Assembly (NCBI GenBank): GCA_040754455.1
Contig: JBFMCP010000001.1
Span: forward strand, 96,001-160,000
Length of the DNA stretch: 64,000 bases
DNA from: Nitrospirota bacterium
Lineage (GTDB): Bacteria > Nitrospirota > Thermodesulfovibrionia > Thermodesulfovibrionales > Dissulfurispiraceae
Direction of reading: 5' to 3'
The notes below the pieces were generated by a model, which searched no databases, had not been told where the DNA came from, and saw only the letters and a list, made by a program, of their open reading frames with translations. Both the position numbers and the translations under genes were made by a program. Positions within the stretch are counted from its first letter, which is position 1; each line of letters opens with the position of its first letter. This document shows positions 26,537 to 38,602 of the stretch, one piece after another.

Positions 26537-27949
26537 ATGACACCCAAAGACGTACTCAAGATGGCCCAAGAAAACAAGGCCGTCATGGCGAATTTCAAGT
26601 TTCTCGATTACCCCGGCATCTGGCAGCACTTTGCAGTGCCGATCTCTGAATTGACCGAGGGCGTGTTTGAAGAAGGGCTCGGTTTCGACGGCTCTTCGAT
26701 CAGGGGATGGCAGGCGATCAACACCTCGGACATGCTGATCGTTCCCGATCCGACCACCGCGTTTATGGATCCCTTCATGGAGTATCCGACCATCAGTCTC
26801 ATTTGCAATATCGTCGACCCTATCACCAAGGAATTCTACACGAGGGATCCCCGTTATATTGCACAGAAGGCTGAAGCATATCTCAAGTCCACCGGCGTCG
26901 GAGACACCGCGTACTTCGGCCCTGAAGCGGAGTTCTTCATCTTCGATGATGTCATGTTCGATCAGAATGCCCACAGCGGCTACTATTTCATCGACTCCGT
27001 CGAGGGCATCTGGAACTCTGGCCGCGACGAGAAGCCGAATCTCGGGTACAAGCCGAGACACAAAGAAGGATACTTCCCTGTACCGCCCACCGACAGTCAG
27101 GTAAATCTCAGAACCGAAATGGTCATGGAGATGCTCAAGGTCGGCATCTATGTGGAGAGAGAGCACCATGAAGTCGCCACTGCGGGCCAGGCGGAGATCG
27201 ATATGCGGTTCGATTCCCTGGTCAAGATGGCTGACAAGAATATGCTCTTCAAATACATCATCAAGAATGTGGCAAGGAGGCACGGCAAAACCGTCACCTT
27301 CATGCCGAAACCGCTCTTCGGCGACAACGGCTCCGGTATGCATGTTCACCAGAGCATCTGGAAAGGCGGGAAACCCCTCTTCGCCGGCAACGGCTATGCA
27401 GGCCTGAGCGAGATGGCGCTCTATTACATCGGCGGTATCCTGAAGCATGCGAAGTCCCTTGCAGCGCTCACCAACCCGACCACCAACTCCTACAAGAGAC
27501 TGACCCCGGGCTTCGAGGCACCGGTCAACCTTGCGTACTCCGCAAGAAACCGTTCCGCTTCCATCAGAATCCCGACCTACTCGGCGAGCCCGAAGGCAAA
27601 GAGAGTCGAAGTAAGATTCCCCGACCCCTCATGCAACACCTATCTTGCCTTCTCTGCAATGCTGATGGCAGGACTCGACGGTATCGAGAACAAGATACAT
27701 CCGGGTGAGCCGCTCGACAAGGATATTTACGAGCTCGGCCCTGAAGAGCTTGCTTCGGTCCCGACCATGCCGGGCAGCCTTGATGAGGCGCTCAATCACC
27801 TCGAGGAAGACCATGAGTATCTCATGAAGGGCAATGTCTTTACCCAGGACGCCATCGAGACCTGGATCAACTACAAGAGGACAAGGGAGGTCGATCAGCT
27901 CAGGTTGAGGCCGCACCCCTACGAGTTCTTCCTCTACTACGACATCTAG
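26537..27949 (+). CDS. glnA: Glutamine synthetase type I
   Basis: [28 protein letters not shown], adenylylation-site DIYEL. Confidence 0.97.
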   Translation: MTPKDVLKMAQENKAVMANFKFLDYPGIWQHFAVPISELTEGVFEEGLGFDGSSIRGWQAINTSDMLIVPDPTTAFMDPFMEYPTISLICNIVDPITKEFYTRDPRYIAQKAEAYLKSTGVGDTAYFGPEAEFFIFDDVMFDQNAHSGYYFIDSVEGIWNSGRDEKPNLGYKPRHKEGYFPVPPTDSQVNLRTEMVMEMLKVGIYVEREHHEVATAGQAEIDMRFDSLVKMADKNMLFKYIIKNVARRHGKTVTFMPKPLFGDNGSGMHVHQSIWKGGKPLFAGNGYAGLSEMALYYIGGILKHAKSLAALTNPTTNSYKRLTPGFEAPVNLAYSARNRSASIRIPTYSASPKAKRVEVRFPDPSCNTYLAFSAMLMAGLDGIENKIHPGEPLDKDIYELGPEELASVPTMPGSLDEALNHLEEDHEYLMKGNVFTQDAIETWINYKRTREVDQLRLRPHPYEFFLYYDI

Positions 27950-27966
27950 GCCGTACATCTGTGATA

Positions 27967-28003
27967 CTACAAGAGGGGATGCACAACGCATCCCCTCTTG
28001 TAG
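27967..28003. terminator. Hairpin between convergent glnA and cheW
   Basis: CTACAAGAGGGGATGC-acaac-GCATCCCCTCTTGTAG. Confidence 0.75.
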
Positions 28004-28030
28004 GTGAATCCATTCCCGTCTATCCAGCTG

Positions 28031-28561
28031 CTATTTATTTTCTATCGCCTTCGTCGTCTCGATCATGGCAGAATCGCCAGCCTTGCCCAGCAAACGATCC
28101 ATATCGAGGAGGATAATGAGCCGTTCCTCGAGCTTCGCTATCCCCTTAATGAACTCGGTGCTTATATTCGATGCCATAGGAGGGGTCGGCTCGACCGTAT
28201 CAATAGGTATCCTCAACACCTCCGAAACCGCATCCACCACAAGCCCCATCGTAATGCCCTGAATGTCCATAATCATGATGCGTGCCTGTCCGTCATCCTC
28301 CCTTTCGGGCAGGCCGAACTTCTTCCTGAGGTTTACCACAGGGATGACCTTTCCCCTGAGATTGATGACCCCCTCGACATAGGCCGGCGAGTTGGGAACC
28401 CTGGTAATCTCTTTCATGCGGTTGATTTCCTGCACCTTCAGAATGTCGACCGCGTATTCCTCACTGCCGAGATTAAAAGTGACCAACTGCAGGATATCGG
28501 CGGTTACCGCTGCCGCTTTCATTTCATTGATCATGCTGTTCGTCTGAAGAATTGCGTTCAT
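28031..28561 (-). CDS. cheW: Chemotaxis coupling protein CheW
   Basis: QLVTF, ITRVPN, GVINLRG, GLVVDAV. Confidence 0.93.
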   Translation of the reverse strand: MNAILQTNSMINEMKAAAVTADILQLVTFNLGSEEYAVDILKVQEINRMKEITRVPNSPAYVEGVINLRGKVIPVVNLRKKFGLPEREDDGQARIMIMDIQGITMGLVVDAVSEVLRIPIDTVEPTPPMASNISTEFIKGIAKLEERLIILLDMDRLLGKAGDSAMIETTKAIENK

Positions 28562-28666
28562 CGTGCTACCTCCCGTCCTTGAAATTCTAAATTCTAAATC
28601 CTAAATCCTAAACCTGAGAGGCATATTACACAAACCGTTTAAAATTTAGATATTAGGATTCGGAGT

Positions 28667-30259
28667 TTATACCTTAAACCAGCTGATGCTCCGGTCCAGT
28701 TCCTGTTCCTGGATATGCAACCGGTCCATCGTCTGCCGCGCCTCAGCGATCATCTGACTCGTGGCATTGACCAGCTGCGTGATGTTTTCCATATTCCGGG
28801 CGATCTCTTCAGAGGCCGACGACTGCTCCTCGGTAGCCGTAGCGATCCTCTGGATCATATCCATCGCCTTATCGGTCGCCCCGACGATCTCTTCGAGTGC
28901 CTTCAGTGCCTCATCGGCAAGGCTGACGCCGCTTTCAGCATCCTGGGTACTCTTTACCATCGCCTCGACAGAGGCCTGAGATTGCACCTGTATGGCGTTT
29001 ATTTTTTCCGCTATCTCTCCGGTTGCCTTCGACGTGCGCTCCGCGAGCTTCCGCACCTCGTCCGCCACAACAGCAAACCCCCTTCCCTGTTCCCCCGCAC
29101 GTGCTGCTTCGATGGCGGCATTGAGGGCAAGGAGATTGGTCTGGTCGGCGATATCATTGATCACCGCAACGATCTCCCCGATCTCCTTCGAGCTGTTGCC
29201 GAGCTCCTCGATGGTGTGCGACGAATTTCTCACCGATTCAGCAATGCCGGTGATCGCATCAGCCGCCTTCTTGACCGTATCTTTCCCCTTCTGGGCGATA
29301 GCGGCAGCCTCCCTCGCCCCTTCCGAAGCAGAGGAAGCGTTCTTTGCCACATCAATAATGGTCTGCGACATCTCTGCAGTCGCCGAAGCGATATGGTCTA
29401 CCTGTGAGAGTTGTTCCTTCGCACTTCCTTCTATCTTGTCCACTTTTTCCTTGAGAATGCCTACATCCTGCTTCACCGTGCTGGAAACCGTGCTGATCTT
29501 GACGACGGTGTCACGTAGCGTCGAAAGTATCTTGTTATAGACATCCTTAAGAAAATTGCCGGTATCACTGATTTTATTCTCTTCCTTCAATTCGCCGCGC
29601 TCGAGGGTGTTGAAGCACGCGAGGGCCTGTGCCATGTTTTTCTGGATCGTTTTGTTGATGATGAAGAGAAGTCCTGAGAAGCCCAGGAGTGAGATCACAA
29701 TGACGACAACCAGTATCGCTGTGCCGCGCTTATCAGCCTTGTTTCCCTCCTCTTCGCTCCGTTTAAAGGTGTTTTCCTGTTCTTTCGTAAGCTGAACAAT
29801 GGACGCTTTGATCTCCCTCCACTTCGGCGTCTCCTTTTGTACCAGCATGCTCACTGCCTCATCCTTCTTCCCGGAAACAGCGAGGTCCTGCACATCCATC
29901 TTCAGTTTATGTGCCTCATTCCATCCTTCCCTTACTGCTTTGAGCTGCTCCTGCATCTTTCCGGTCGCCAATTTGATAGCATTTTCGTTTTCTTTTATAA
30001 ACTCCTCGTGCGCCTTCCTGTAGGTTTCCTTTGCCGTTTCGTCATTCGGATTGATGAGCACATTCCTTGTCGCCTGCTCCGTCTGGATGCCGTCGATGTG
30101 CATCTCGTTCAGGCTCAGGAGTAGTGCCTGATCGACAGCGAGCATCTTCTCCAGCCGCTTATGGGCCTTTCCATTGTGAACGATAAAAAGAGCAAGAATA
30201 ATCCCCAGAACCACCGCATTTACAACACCGACGATCATCAGAAGTCTTTTAATGCTCAT
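28667..30259 (-). CDS. Methyl-accepting chemotaxis protein with four-helix-type sensor
   Basis: Two TM segments; [37 protein letters not shown]. Confidence 0.93.
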   Translation of the reverse strand: MSIKRLLMIVGVVNAVVLGIILALFIVHNGKAHKRLEKMLAVDQALLLSLNEMHIDGIQTEQATRNVLINPNDETAKETYRKAHEEFIKENENAIKLATGKMQEQLKAVREGWNEAHKLKMDVQDLAVSGKKDEAVSMLVQKETPKWREIKASIVQLTKEQENTFKRSEEEGNKADKRGTAILVVVIVISLLGFSGLLFIINKTIQKNMAQALACFNTLERGELKEENKISDTGNFLKDVYNKILSTLRDTVVKISTVSSTVKQDVGILKEKVDKIEGSAKEQLSQVDHIASATAEMSQTIIDVAKNASSASEGAREAAAIAQKGKDTVKKAADAITGIAESVRNSSHTIEELGNSSKEIGEIVAVINDIADQTNLLALNAAIEAARAGEQGRGFAVVADEVRKLAERTSKATGEIAEKINAIQVQSQASVEAMVKSTQDAESGVSLADEALKALEEIVGATDKAMDMIQRIATATEEQSSASEEIARNMENITQLVNATSQMIAEARQTMDRLHIQEQELDRSISWFKV

Positions 30260-30326
30260 GTCCCTTTCCCTCTCAAATGAAAAATAATCATGATACGGCA
30301 TCTCTCTGCCTAGAAAACAACGCATC

Positions 30327-33146
30327 CTATGCTTCGGAGACAACTATCTTATTCCAGAAGGCGCTGACCCACTCCCGCTCGGCTTCAAGAGCACCAAGAA
30401 AATCCTGCTCGCTCATGTCGAGGATGCCGGCAATACTTCTGAGTGAAGCGCTCTCTTTCTTCAACACGGTTTCATTGCGCAACCGCAGCACTGTTTCGAT
30501 GGTCCTGAAGAAGAGGTATATTTCGCCCAGCTGTGCCGCATCACCGGGTCCCGTAACTCTGGCGGTGCCGAGCCGATGGAGGGCAGGGAGCGTCCCCTGG
30601 ACAAGGAGACGGGGATGGGTCCGGCAGTGCCTGAGCTGGAGATATTGGACAAGGAATTCAAGTTCTTCGAGACCGCCTTTTCCGAGCTTTATATCGTAGG
30701 TCCCGGTACTCACCGAATCCTTCGAGAGTTCTCTCGAAATCCTCTCTCTCATCCTTCTGATATCACCCGCCGTCACTTCACCGCCCCGCTGCACCAACAC
30801 CGCTTCTCTCATTTCCATAAAGCGCCTGGCTATATATTTATCGCCCGAAAGAGGCCGTGCCTTTAACAAAGCCTGTAATTCCCAGGCCTGGGCATGGTTG
30901 AGGTAATAATCGGTGAGGCCCTTCATCGAGCTGATGAGAGGGCCTTTGCTGCCTTCGGGACGGAGGCGGGTATCCACTTTATATGCAATGCCGTCTTTTG
31001 TATAAGAGGTTGAAATCCTGAGCAGTTTCTCGGCAGCCCGCACATGGGTCTCCTCAGGTTCGTCTAGAGATATAAATATCAGATCAAGATCGGAATTAAA
31101 GGTAATCTCGCGCCCCCCGAGCTTTCCAAACCCTGCCATCCCCAATCCAGCTGAGGAGCCCCCCTCTTGCCCTTTCAGCAGGAGGGCCATAACCAGCTCG
31201 GCATCACTGCTCAGGTTGCGCATGAGCTCTATAACGCTCATGTCCTTATTGAGGAAGAGTATTCCCAAGCGGATCTCTTCCAGCCGCCTGAAAAGCCGTA
31301 TAGCCGCTGATTCGCCGTACTGGTCAGCCAGCACCCTCAGCTCGCGCTCCCGCTGCGCCAGCCTCTTCTTCCTCACGTCCCCCTCAAAAAGGGAACCTAT
31401 ATACTGGGGATTGCTCATGAAGATCTTCGAGAGATATTCGCTGTGGGAGAAGACAAAGGTGAGCGTGTCGATGATTTCTCCTCTCCCGGTGATGGCCTCC
31501 AGGTACGATTCATTGGTAGCAATAAGAGAAGAGAAATCGACGAGCTGCAGTAGCGCTGTATCGGGATCAGGGCTCTTGAGCGCCGCCTCGACAAAGAGAG
31601 GAATGACCTCTTCCAAACGGCGCCTCCCCCTCAGCGTCTGGAAAGAATGTATGGTATTCCTGATCTTTGTCAGATAATGTACTGCCTTGCGGGTGTCCTT
31701 GATCCCCGCTTTCGAGAGCTCTCCGGAGAGGAGATGTTCGGCAGGGGTCTCCATGTCCCAGAAGATGTCACTGAGCAGCCCCTCGGAAGACACTACCGAT
31801 TTTTCTGCGCCCCGGCTCTTCACTTCGAGGAGTGAGTCGTAGATCGTCCTCACCATGCGCCGCCGCGCATCGAGTACAGATAAAAAGCTTTCTCTGTCGT
31901 TGAATCCCATTTTTCTCGCCAGTACGGCAAGCTCGCCATCGCCCGAGGGCAATGCATGGGTCTGGATATCGTTCAACTGCTGGAGCCGGTGCTCGAGGGT
32001 CCTGAGAAAAACATAGTTATCTGCGAGATAGCGGTAATCATCGTGCCCTATGAACCCTTTCTGGAGCACCATATACAATGATTTCAGCGTACTTCTCTCT
32101 CTCAGGAGGGGCTCTCTCCCACCGTACAGCAGCTGAAAGATCTGAATGAAGAATTCGATCTCCCGTATGCCGCCGTAGCCCCGCTTTATATCCCTGCTCA
32201 ACGTCACCGGTTTTATCTGCTCCACCTGGGATTTCATCCTCCGGATTTCATCAATGGCATCAAAGCCGAGATACTTTCGATAGACAAAGGGCGCGACCAT
32301 TTTCAGGAATTCGTTTCCAAGGGTCTGATCACCCGCAACCGTTCTTGTCCTGAGCAGCGCCGCCCGCTCCCAGATCTGCCCCCAGGATTCATAGTATTCT
32401 TCATATCCCCGCAATGAGAGGGCAAGGCTCCCCCACTGTCCCTGCGGACGCAGCCGCAGATCAACCCGGTAGGCAAAGCCGTCACCGGTATTAGAGGAGA
32501 GGAATTTCGTATATTCCTCGACCAGCTTCGTGTAATACTCAAGCACGGAAATCCTGTTCATAGTGACGCCCTGCACCGTCGGCACGCCGCTGGTTTCCCC
32601 CTCATCCCGATAGACAAAGATGATATCCACATCGGAGCTGTAGTTGAGCTCCTGCGCTCCCAATTTACCGAGTCCCATGACCGCCAGCGCATTGTCCACC
32701 GGTACGCCGAAGCGCTGCCTGAGATGCGTATCGACAAAGGTGAGCGACTCTTCAAGAATGGCGTCGGCGAGCGTACTCAGGTCCAGCACCAGCTCCTGGA
32801 ACTCTGCTTTCTTGAGGATATCCTTAAGGGTGGTGATCAGGAGCTTCTCCTTCTTGAACAGGCGGACAGCCTTCATCCCTTCAGCAAGCGTACTGCAGGA
32901 CTGAAAGGAAAGCCGTAGTTCTTTGCAGAGCACTTCATAGTCAAAAGGCGCTCCCATCGCTTCCAGTGCGTGAAACAATGACTCAGGGTGATAAATACAA
33001 TAATTTGCAAGGAACTGGCTGTGAGAAAAAAGCAACGCGCTCTGCTCGAGAGCACTTTTAAGTTTTTCAGCGTAGCCGGGATTTTCGGTGAGAAAGGCTT
33101 CTATGTTCCTTTGAGCCCGCTCGGGGTCAGGACAAAAAGAGAACAC
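30327..33146 (-). CDS. glnE: Glutamine synthetase adenylyltransferase (start uncertain)
   Basis: Two nucleotidyltransferase domains: [15 protein letters not shown] and [19 protein letters not shown] motifs. Confidence 0.93.
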   Translation of the reverse strand: MFSFCPDPERAQRNIEAFLTENPGYAEKLKSALEQSALLFSHSQFLANYCIYHPESLFHALEAMGAPFDYEVLCKELRLSFQSCSTLAEGMKAVRLFKKEKLLITTLKDILKKAEFQELVLDLSTLADAILEESLTFVDTHLRQRFGVPVDNALAVMGLGKLGAQELNYSSDVDIIFVYRDEGETSGVPTVQGVTMNRISVLEYYTKLVEEYTKFLSSNTGDGFAYRVDLRLRPQGQWGSLALSLRGYEEYYESWGQIWERAALLRTRTVAGDQTLGNEFLKMVAPFVYRKYLGFDAIDEIRRMKSQVEQIKPVTLSRDIKRGYGGIREIEFFIQIFQLLYGGREPLLRERSTLKSLYMVLQKGFIGHDDYRYLADNYVFLRTLEHRLQQLNDIQTHALPSGDGELAVLARKMGFNDRESFLSVLDARRRMVRTIYDSLLEVKSRGAEKSVVSSEGLLSDIFWDMETPAEHLLSGELSKAGIKDTRKAVHYLTKIRNTIHSFQTLRGRRRLEEVIPLFVEAALKSPDPDTALLQLVDFSSLIATNESYLEAITGRGEIIDTLTFVFSHSEYLSKIFMSNPQYIGSLFEGDVRKKRLAQRERELRVLADQYGESAAIRLFRRLEEIRLGILFLNKDMSVIELMRNLSSDAELVMALLLKGQEGGSSAGLGMAGFGKLGGREITFNSDLDLIFISLDEPEETHVRAAEKLLRISTSYTKDGIAYKVDTRLRPEGSKGPLISSMKGLTDYYLNHAQAWELQALLKARPLSGDKYIARRFMEMREAVLVQRGGEVTAGDIRRMRERISRELSKDSVSTGTYDIKLGKGGLEELEFLVQYLQLRHCRTHPRLLVQGTLPALHRLGTARVTGPGDAAQLGEIYLFFRTIETVLRLRNETVLKKESASLRSIAGILDMSEQDFLGALEAEREWVSAFWNKIVVSEA

Positions 33147-33152
33147 TTTTCC

Positions 33153-33995
33153 TTATCTCTCACTCTGCCATAGACGTGGATCAAGGGCATCTCTCAAACC
33201 CTCTCCCACCAGATTATAACTCAGCACAGTGACCAGAATGGCAAGGCCGGGGAAGAGCGAGAGCCACCAGGCAACGGTGATGTTGTCTTTGCCCGCAGTG
33301 AGAATATTCCCCCAGCTGGGTTCGGGGGGTTGTACACCGAGCCCGAGAAATGACAATCCTGATTCGGTAAGGATCGCTCCGGCAATACCAAAGGTGGCCG
33401 CTACAAACACGGGAGAAAGCGCATTCGGAATGATATGCCGCACCATAATGCGAAAATCTCCGGCGCCGATTGCCCTGGCTGCCAGAACAAAATCGCGCTC
33501 CTTCAAGGTAAGGAATTCAGCACGTACGAGTCGGGAAACATCCATCCAGCCGGTGAGACCAATGACGATCATAATCGTCGAGATGCTCGGCTCGACAACA
33601 GCGATCACGGCGAGGATTAAAAAGAAGGTCGGAAAAGCGAGCATAATATCGACAAAACGCATAAGCAGTGCATCGATCTTTCCTCCGTAGTAACCGGCGA
33701 GGGCCCCGAGCATAGTGCCGATGGAAATGGCAATGCCGACCGCGATAAAGCCCACTTTGAGCGATGCGCGGCTGCCCCAGATCATGCGAGAAAGCACATC
33801 CCTCCCCAGCTCGTCCGTACCGAAGAGGTGGGAGGCACTGGGAGGAGAGAGGACATTATAGACATTAATCGCTGTCGGCGTATAAGGTGCAATAATCGGC
33901 GCAAGGAGGGCAATTGAGGCAAGCACCAGAATAATCACAAGCCCCGCTACTGCAAGTGAATTTTTTTTGAACCGTTTCCAGATTAAATGCAGCAT
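33153..33995 (-). CDS. Peptide/nickel ABC transporter permease, OppC/DppC-like
   Basis: FGTDELGRD, LSFLGLG, GEGLRDALDPR. Confidence 0.93.
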   Translation of the reverse strand: MLHLIWKRFKKNSLAVAGLVIILVLASIALLAPIIAPYTPTAINVYNVLSPPSASHLFGTDELGRDVLSRMIWGSRASLKVGFIAVGIAISIGTMLGALAGYYGGKIDALLMRFVDIMLAFPTFFLILAVIAVVEPSISTIMIVIGLTGWMDVSRLVRAEFLTLKERDFVLAARAIGAGDFRIMVRHIIPNALSPVFVAATFGIAGAILTESGLSFLGLGVQPPEPSWGNILTAGKDNITVAWWLSLFPGLAILVTVLSYNLVGEGLRDALDPRLWQSER

Positions 33996-34970
33996 CTACT
34001 TCCTCACCCTTATCCTCGGATCGACCAACGCATACGATACATCAGCAATGAGATTGCCGATCAGCGTCAATATCGCTCCGATCACCAGTATTCCCATGAT
34101 GGTAGGATAATCCCTCGACATGGTAGATGCATAAAAGAGCTGTCCCATGCCCGGTATGGCAAAGATGGTCTCAAAGATGACCGCGCCGCCGATAAGCCCT
34201 GGGACAGCGAGACCGAGAATCGTGACAATGGGGAGGAGGGCATTCCTCACGGCATGGTGGATAATGACATCCGATTCTTTGAGCCCTTTAGCCCGCGCTG
34301 TCCGTATATAATCCTGCCTGATCACCTCGAGCATACTCGAACGGCTGTATCTGCTGAAGCCGGCGATGCCGCCGAAGGCGCTCAGCCCCACCGGCAAAAC
34401 AAGATGTTTTGCCCAGTCGAGCACCCGCTCAAAAAAACTCATGCCCGACACATCGATGCTCTGTATTCCTGAGATGGGGAGCACCCCGAGGGTAACGCCG
34501 AAGATGATCATCATAATGAGGGCGAGCCAGAAGGTCGGCGTCGAAAATCCGAGGAAGACAAAAATGGTAGTAAGCTTATCAAAGAGCGAGTATTGCCGCG
34601 TCGCCGAGAGCACGCCGATCGGGATCGCGATGCTCATGATCAGCAGCAATGACAGGACATTGATCGTAAGGGTGATCGGAATTCTCTCCTTGATCTTGTC
34701 GACCACCTTCTTACCATCGACAAAGGAAGTCCCAAAATCGAGCTTTACAAACCGCTTGAGCCAATCGAAATACTGCACATGAAGCGGCTTGTCGAGGCCA
34801 TAGAGCTTTTTGAGGTTCTCCCGTGCCTGCGCCGAAGCCTTGAGGGACATCTCGGTCTCGACCTCCACCGGTCCGCCGGGGGCGAGATGGATGACGGTAA
34901 AGGTGATAAGGGTGATACCAAAGATGAGAGGGACCATTAACAAGAGACGTTTAATGATATATGCGATCAT
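33996..34970 (-). CDS. Peptide/nickel ABC transporter permease, OppB/DppB-like
   Basis: [24 protein letters not shown]. Confidence 0.93.
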   Translation of the reverse strand: MIAYIIKRLLLMVPLIFGITLITFTVIHLAPGGPVEVETEMSLKASAQARENLKKLYGLDKPLHVQYFDWLKRFVKLDFGTSFVDGKKVVDKIKERIPITLTINVLSLLLIMSIAIPIGVLSATRQYSLFDKLTTIFVFLGFSTPTFWLALIMMIIFGVTLGVLPISGIQSIDVSGMSFFERVLDWAKHLVLPVGLSAFGGIAGFSRYSRSSMLEVIRQDYIRTARAKGLKESDVIIHHAVRNALLPIVTILGLAVPGLIGGAVIFETIFAIPGMGQLFYASTMSRDYPTIMGILVIGAILTLIGNLIADVSYALVDPRIRVRK

Positions 34971-35214
34971 ATTTATATAATAACAAAACTGGACGGAATA
35001 ATAAGAAATCGAACCATGAGGAAACTTTGATAACAAACAAAGGCAGGGAGGGGTGCGGAAAGGAGCTTTCTCGCGCTTCCTTAGCTTCCACTAAGGATTC
35101 ACATTCTTGATAACTGTTCTTTGAGGCACATCTATTCCAATAAATTGCGCATGAGAAAGCTCCTTGGAGTGCCCCTCCCTGCCTTCACCATATATGCCAT
35201 GATTGAAAATACCT

Positions 35215-36000
35215 TCAGCAGCTATATAGCTCCTGCATCTCTTCCGTATAGCTGCCGTTCTCGTTGTAGATCAGCAATGGCTTTTCCACAACAAGCCCCA
35301 GGCGCGCGCCCTTCACCGCTTCAACGAGGACCATCTTTGCCTCTGTATCCGCTTTGGAATGAACAAATCGCAGGCGCTTCGGTTCCATACCATTGCCCTG
35401 CAGAGCGCCCATGATCTCGGTCAGCCGTTCGGGGAGATGGACCATGACGAACCTTCCGTTATGTTTGAGGAGCAACGAGGCGGCCTTCGTAAGTTCCGGC
35501 AACGGCAGCCTGACCTCGTGCCGGGCAATCGCCCTCTCGTCACCGGGACTGATCTTTCCTGACGATGCCTTCCGGTAGGGAGGGTTTGAAACAACGAGAT
35601 CGTACGTACCAACTAATGCGCCGTAGTCATGGGCTGCCTCTCCCTTGGGAACCTCGTGGATCCCCTTTGATTGCAGATCCATTGCCACTGCATGCCATGC
35701 AAACAATTCCTTTATATCGGCGTTGATGACCTTTACCCTGTCTTCAAGCTTATTGATAGCGACATTCTTCTCAGCAAGCCTGGCAAGCCCCTCCTGCAGT
35801 TCGATCAGGACAACCTTCGACTCAGAATATTTTCTTGCGAGGAGAAGCCCTATAACACCGGAACCGGCACCAAGATCAGCAATCCTTTTGGCGTGGGGAA
35901 GATTAACAAAGGAGTAAACAAGCAGCGCATCTACCGAAAACCGGTAGCCGCCTTTGTACTGATAGATATGTACGTCTCTTAAAAAATCAAGCGTTGTCAT
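35215..36000 (-). CDS. tRNA1(Val) A37 N6-methyltransferase family (YfiC/YabB-like)
   Basis: YRFSVDA, DLGAGSG, SNPPY, IARHE. Confidence 0.85.
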   Translation of the reverse strand: MTTLDFLRDVHIYQYKGGYRFSVDALLVYSFVNLPHAKRIADLGAGSGVIGLLLARKYSESKVVLIELQEGLARLAEKNVAINKLEDRVKVINADIKELFAWHAVAMDLQSKGIHEVPKGEAAHDYGALVGTYDLVVSNPPYRKASSGKISPGDERAIARHEVRLPLPELTKAASLLLKHNGRFVMVHLPERLTEIMGALQGNGMEPKRLRFVHSKADTEAKMVLVEAVKGARLGLVVEKPLLIYNENGSYTEEMQELYSC

Positions 36001-36280
36001 ATCTTACAGAATGCAGGACAGATATTCCAAAAAAGTTTTAGCACTGCCAGCAATTCTGATTAAAACATACATGTTGTTTACAAAACAACCATTCAGCGTC
36101 ATTTTGAAATATACGCTGGGTAATCGAAGGCAGGGAGAGGTGCTTCGAAGAGACTCTCCAGTATTACCTGAGGACATTAACCACAGCTATAGTTTTATCG
36201 AATGCCACTTTGATATGTAAATAAAACTGAGGTAACCAGTGCTTTGAAAAATCTCTGAGAGGCATCTACCCTGTGATGAT

Positions 36281-37333
36281 CTACGATTCCTTTATCAACG
36301 TCATCAATGCTTCGAGCAGTTCTTCCTCTTTCACCTGCTTCACCACTTCGCCCTTCCTGAAGACAAGCCCCATCCCCTTGCCGCCGGCGATGCCGAAATC
36401 AGCCTCACGTGCTTCGCCTGGCCCGTTCACCACGCATCCCATGACGGCAACGGTGATAGGCTCTTTCATGTCTTTGAGCGCGCTCTCTACCTTCTGCGCA
36501 AGCGGTCTCAGATCGATGCAGCATCTGCCGCAGGTGGGACAGGAAACGATCTCAGGCCCTCTCTGCCTCAGGCTGAGCGACTTCAGGATTTCATAGGCAA
36601 CCCGCACCTCTTCCTCCGGCTCTGCGGAGAGGGAGACGCGCATGGTATCGCCGATGCCTTCCGAGAGCAGGATGCCGAGGCCGACCGAGCTCTTGATTAT
36701 GCCGGTAAACGAAGGGCCCGCCTCGGAGATGCCGATATGGAGTGGATAATCATACCGTTCAGAAAAGATACGGTACGCCTCGATAGTCTTAACAACATTC
36801 GATGCTTTGAGCGATACTTTGATATGGGAGTAACCCAGTTCTTCGAGAATCCGTATATGACCTTCGGCGCTCTCCACCAATGCCTCTGGTGTAGGATGAC
36901 CGTATTTCTCGAGCAGCTCTTTTTCGAGAGAGCCGGCATTGACTCCGATCCTGATTGGCAGGCTGCGTTCTTTTGCCGCAACCACCACCTCTTTCACCTT
37001 CCACTGCGCGCCGATATTTCCCGGATTGAGCCTCAGGCCGTCGATACCCTGAGTGATCGCCTCGAGCGCCAGCCGCCAGTCGAAATGGATGTCGGCGATC
37101 ATCGGGATGCTTACCTCTTTTTTGATCGCCCCGAGGCTTTTTGCCGCATCCATATCAGGCACTGCAAGTCGTATAATCTCACACCCTGCAGATTCGAGAG
37201 AACGGATCTGCGCAACCGTCGATGGCACATCCCTTGTATCGGTCTTGGTCATTGATTGGACCGAGATCGGATTGCCGCCGCCGATGGCCACACTTCCGAC
37301 GTGCAGTGTTCTTGTTGTCCTTCTCTTGATCAT
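36281..37333 (-). CDS. ispG: HMBPP synthase
   Basis: VQSMT, ADIHF, RLNPGN, SCPTCGR, MGCVVNGPGEA. Confidence 0.96.
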   Translation of the reverse strand: MIKRRTTRTLHVGSVAIGGGNPISVQSMTKTDTRDVPSTVAQIRSLESAGCEIIRLAVPDMDAAKSLGAIKKEVSIPMIADIHFDWRLALEAITQGIDGLRLNPGNIGAQWKVKEVVVAAKERSLPIRIGVNAGSLEKELLEKYGHPTPEALVESAEGHIRILEELGYSHIKVSLKASNVVKTIEAYRIFSERYDYPLHIGISEAGPSFTGIIKSSVGLGILLSEGIGDTMRVSLSAEPEEEVRVAYEILKSLSLRQRGPEIVSCPTCGRCCIDLRPLAQKVESALKDMKEPITVAVMGCVVNGPGEAREADFGIAGGKGMGLVFRKGEVVKQVKEEELLEALMTLIKES

Positions 37334-37339
37334 TGATGC

Positions 37340-38416
37340 TTACTTCTTTTCATTCTGGGCTACTGCAGGAGCGGCAAAGATATTTGCTCCGGATTGGGCT
37401 GCTGCTGCCTGGATGGCCCTGAATCGCTTGACCGCCTCAGCGTGCTCTTTCCAATCCCTCGAGAAATAGTGGGTACCGTTCCCCTGGGAAACAAAATAGA
37501 GGTACGGTACATTTGCAGGGTACAACGCAGCAATAATGGACTTCAGCCCCGGCGATGCAATGGGCCCCGGCGGCAATCCCTGTATCACATAGGTATTATA
37601 ATCGGTTTTGCGTTTGAGATCGTTTATCGTAATTTTCTCCTTCGAGCTTTTCACACCGTAAATTGCCGTGGGGTCTGCCTGGAGCGGCATGCGTTTCTTG
37701 ATCCTGTTGTGGTAGACCGCCGAGATGATGGGCCGCTCTTCATCGACAATAGCCTCTTTCTCGATGATCGATGCCATGGTGAGCACTTCCCGTTCACTCC
37801 ATCCCATCTTCTTTGCACGATCCTTCATTTTCGCCGTATAACTCTCTCGCAGGGTACTCACCATCATTCTCACCACCGCCTTCAGTGAAGCGCCTTTCGG
37901 AACCTTGTAGGTTTGGGGAAAGAGATATCCCTCGAGACTGGGGGCGTCGATCCCGAGCTGGCTAAGGAACGCCTGATCTTTCACAAGATCATTAAAATCA
38001 TCAACAGACCCTATCTTGTATGCAGCGAGCTTCCGGCCTATCTCCAGCAGGGTGTCTCCCTCGACGATGGTAATCTCATATTCGATAATCTTGCCCGAGA
38101 CCAACCGTTTGAAGACCTGGAAAGGGCTCATCTTTCCCAGAAAAGAGTAATAACCAGCCCGTATCTTTCTATCCAGCCCCGTGATTTTCCCTATAACAAT
38201 AAACAGCATCCTGTCACGTATAAGATTTTGCTGCTTGAGAATAGAGAGCGCCTGTTTCAAAGTCGTACCTTCGGGGATCTGCACTTCGACCTGCGGACTC
38301 CCGATGCTGCCGATATCGGAGGGCACAAAAAGCTGAACCCCGATATAGATTACGAAGATGGCAAAGATAGCCGTTACGAGTATTTTGGCGTTATTTTTAA
38401 CGGTTATTTTTTTCAT
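37340..38416 (-). CDS. mltG: Endolytic transglycosylase
   Basis: LEGYLFP.TY, ASIIEKE, LQADPT, GLPPGPI. Confidence 0.94.
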   Translation of the reverse strand: MKKITVKNNAKILVTAIFAIFVIYIGVQLFVPSDIGSIGSPQVEVQIPEGTTLKQALSILKQQNLIRDRMLFIVIGKITGLDRKIRAGYYSFLGKMSPFQVFKRLVSGKIIEYEITIVEGDTLLEIGRKLAAYKIGSVDDFNDLVKDQAFLSQLGIDAPSLEGYLFPQTYKVPKGASLKAVVRMMVSTLRESYTAKMKDRAKKMGWSEREVLTMASIIEKEAIVDEERPIISAVYHNRIKKRMPLQADPTAIYGVKSSKEKITINDLKRKTDYNTYVIQGLPPGPIASPGLKSIIAALYPANVPYLYFVSQGNGTHYFSRDWKEHAEAVKRFRAIQAAAAQSGANIFAAPAVAQNEKK

Positions 38417-38520
38417 GGTCTCTTTACGTTATCGGAAAGGGGGTTGCAAAATTGAGCGAGGGCTCTTTTTTCTAATGTTAACAAATCCTTCCCTTAAACT
38501 ACAAATGCAAAGCTCCTTAT

Positions 38521-38553
38521 AAAAAAGGGGGCGATCGGATCAACCGCCCCCTT
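38521..38553 (-). terminator. Intrinsic terminator after groEL
   Basis: AAGGGGGCG...CGCCCCCTT stem with an A-run on the + strand. Confidence 0.7.
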
Positions 38554-38602
38554 CCTCATTTTCATTCTGTATTCTTTATTCTGAATGCTGGCTTCTGCCT
38601 TT

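Noticed and set aside
36001..36280. Riboswitch or small gene between ispG and the tRNA methylase
   Set aside because: One imperfect hairpin only; no recognisable motif or convincing RBS.
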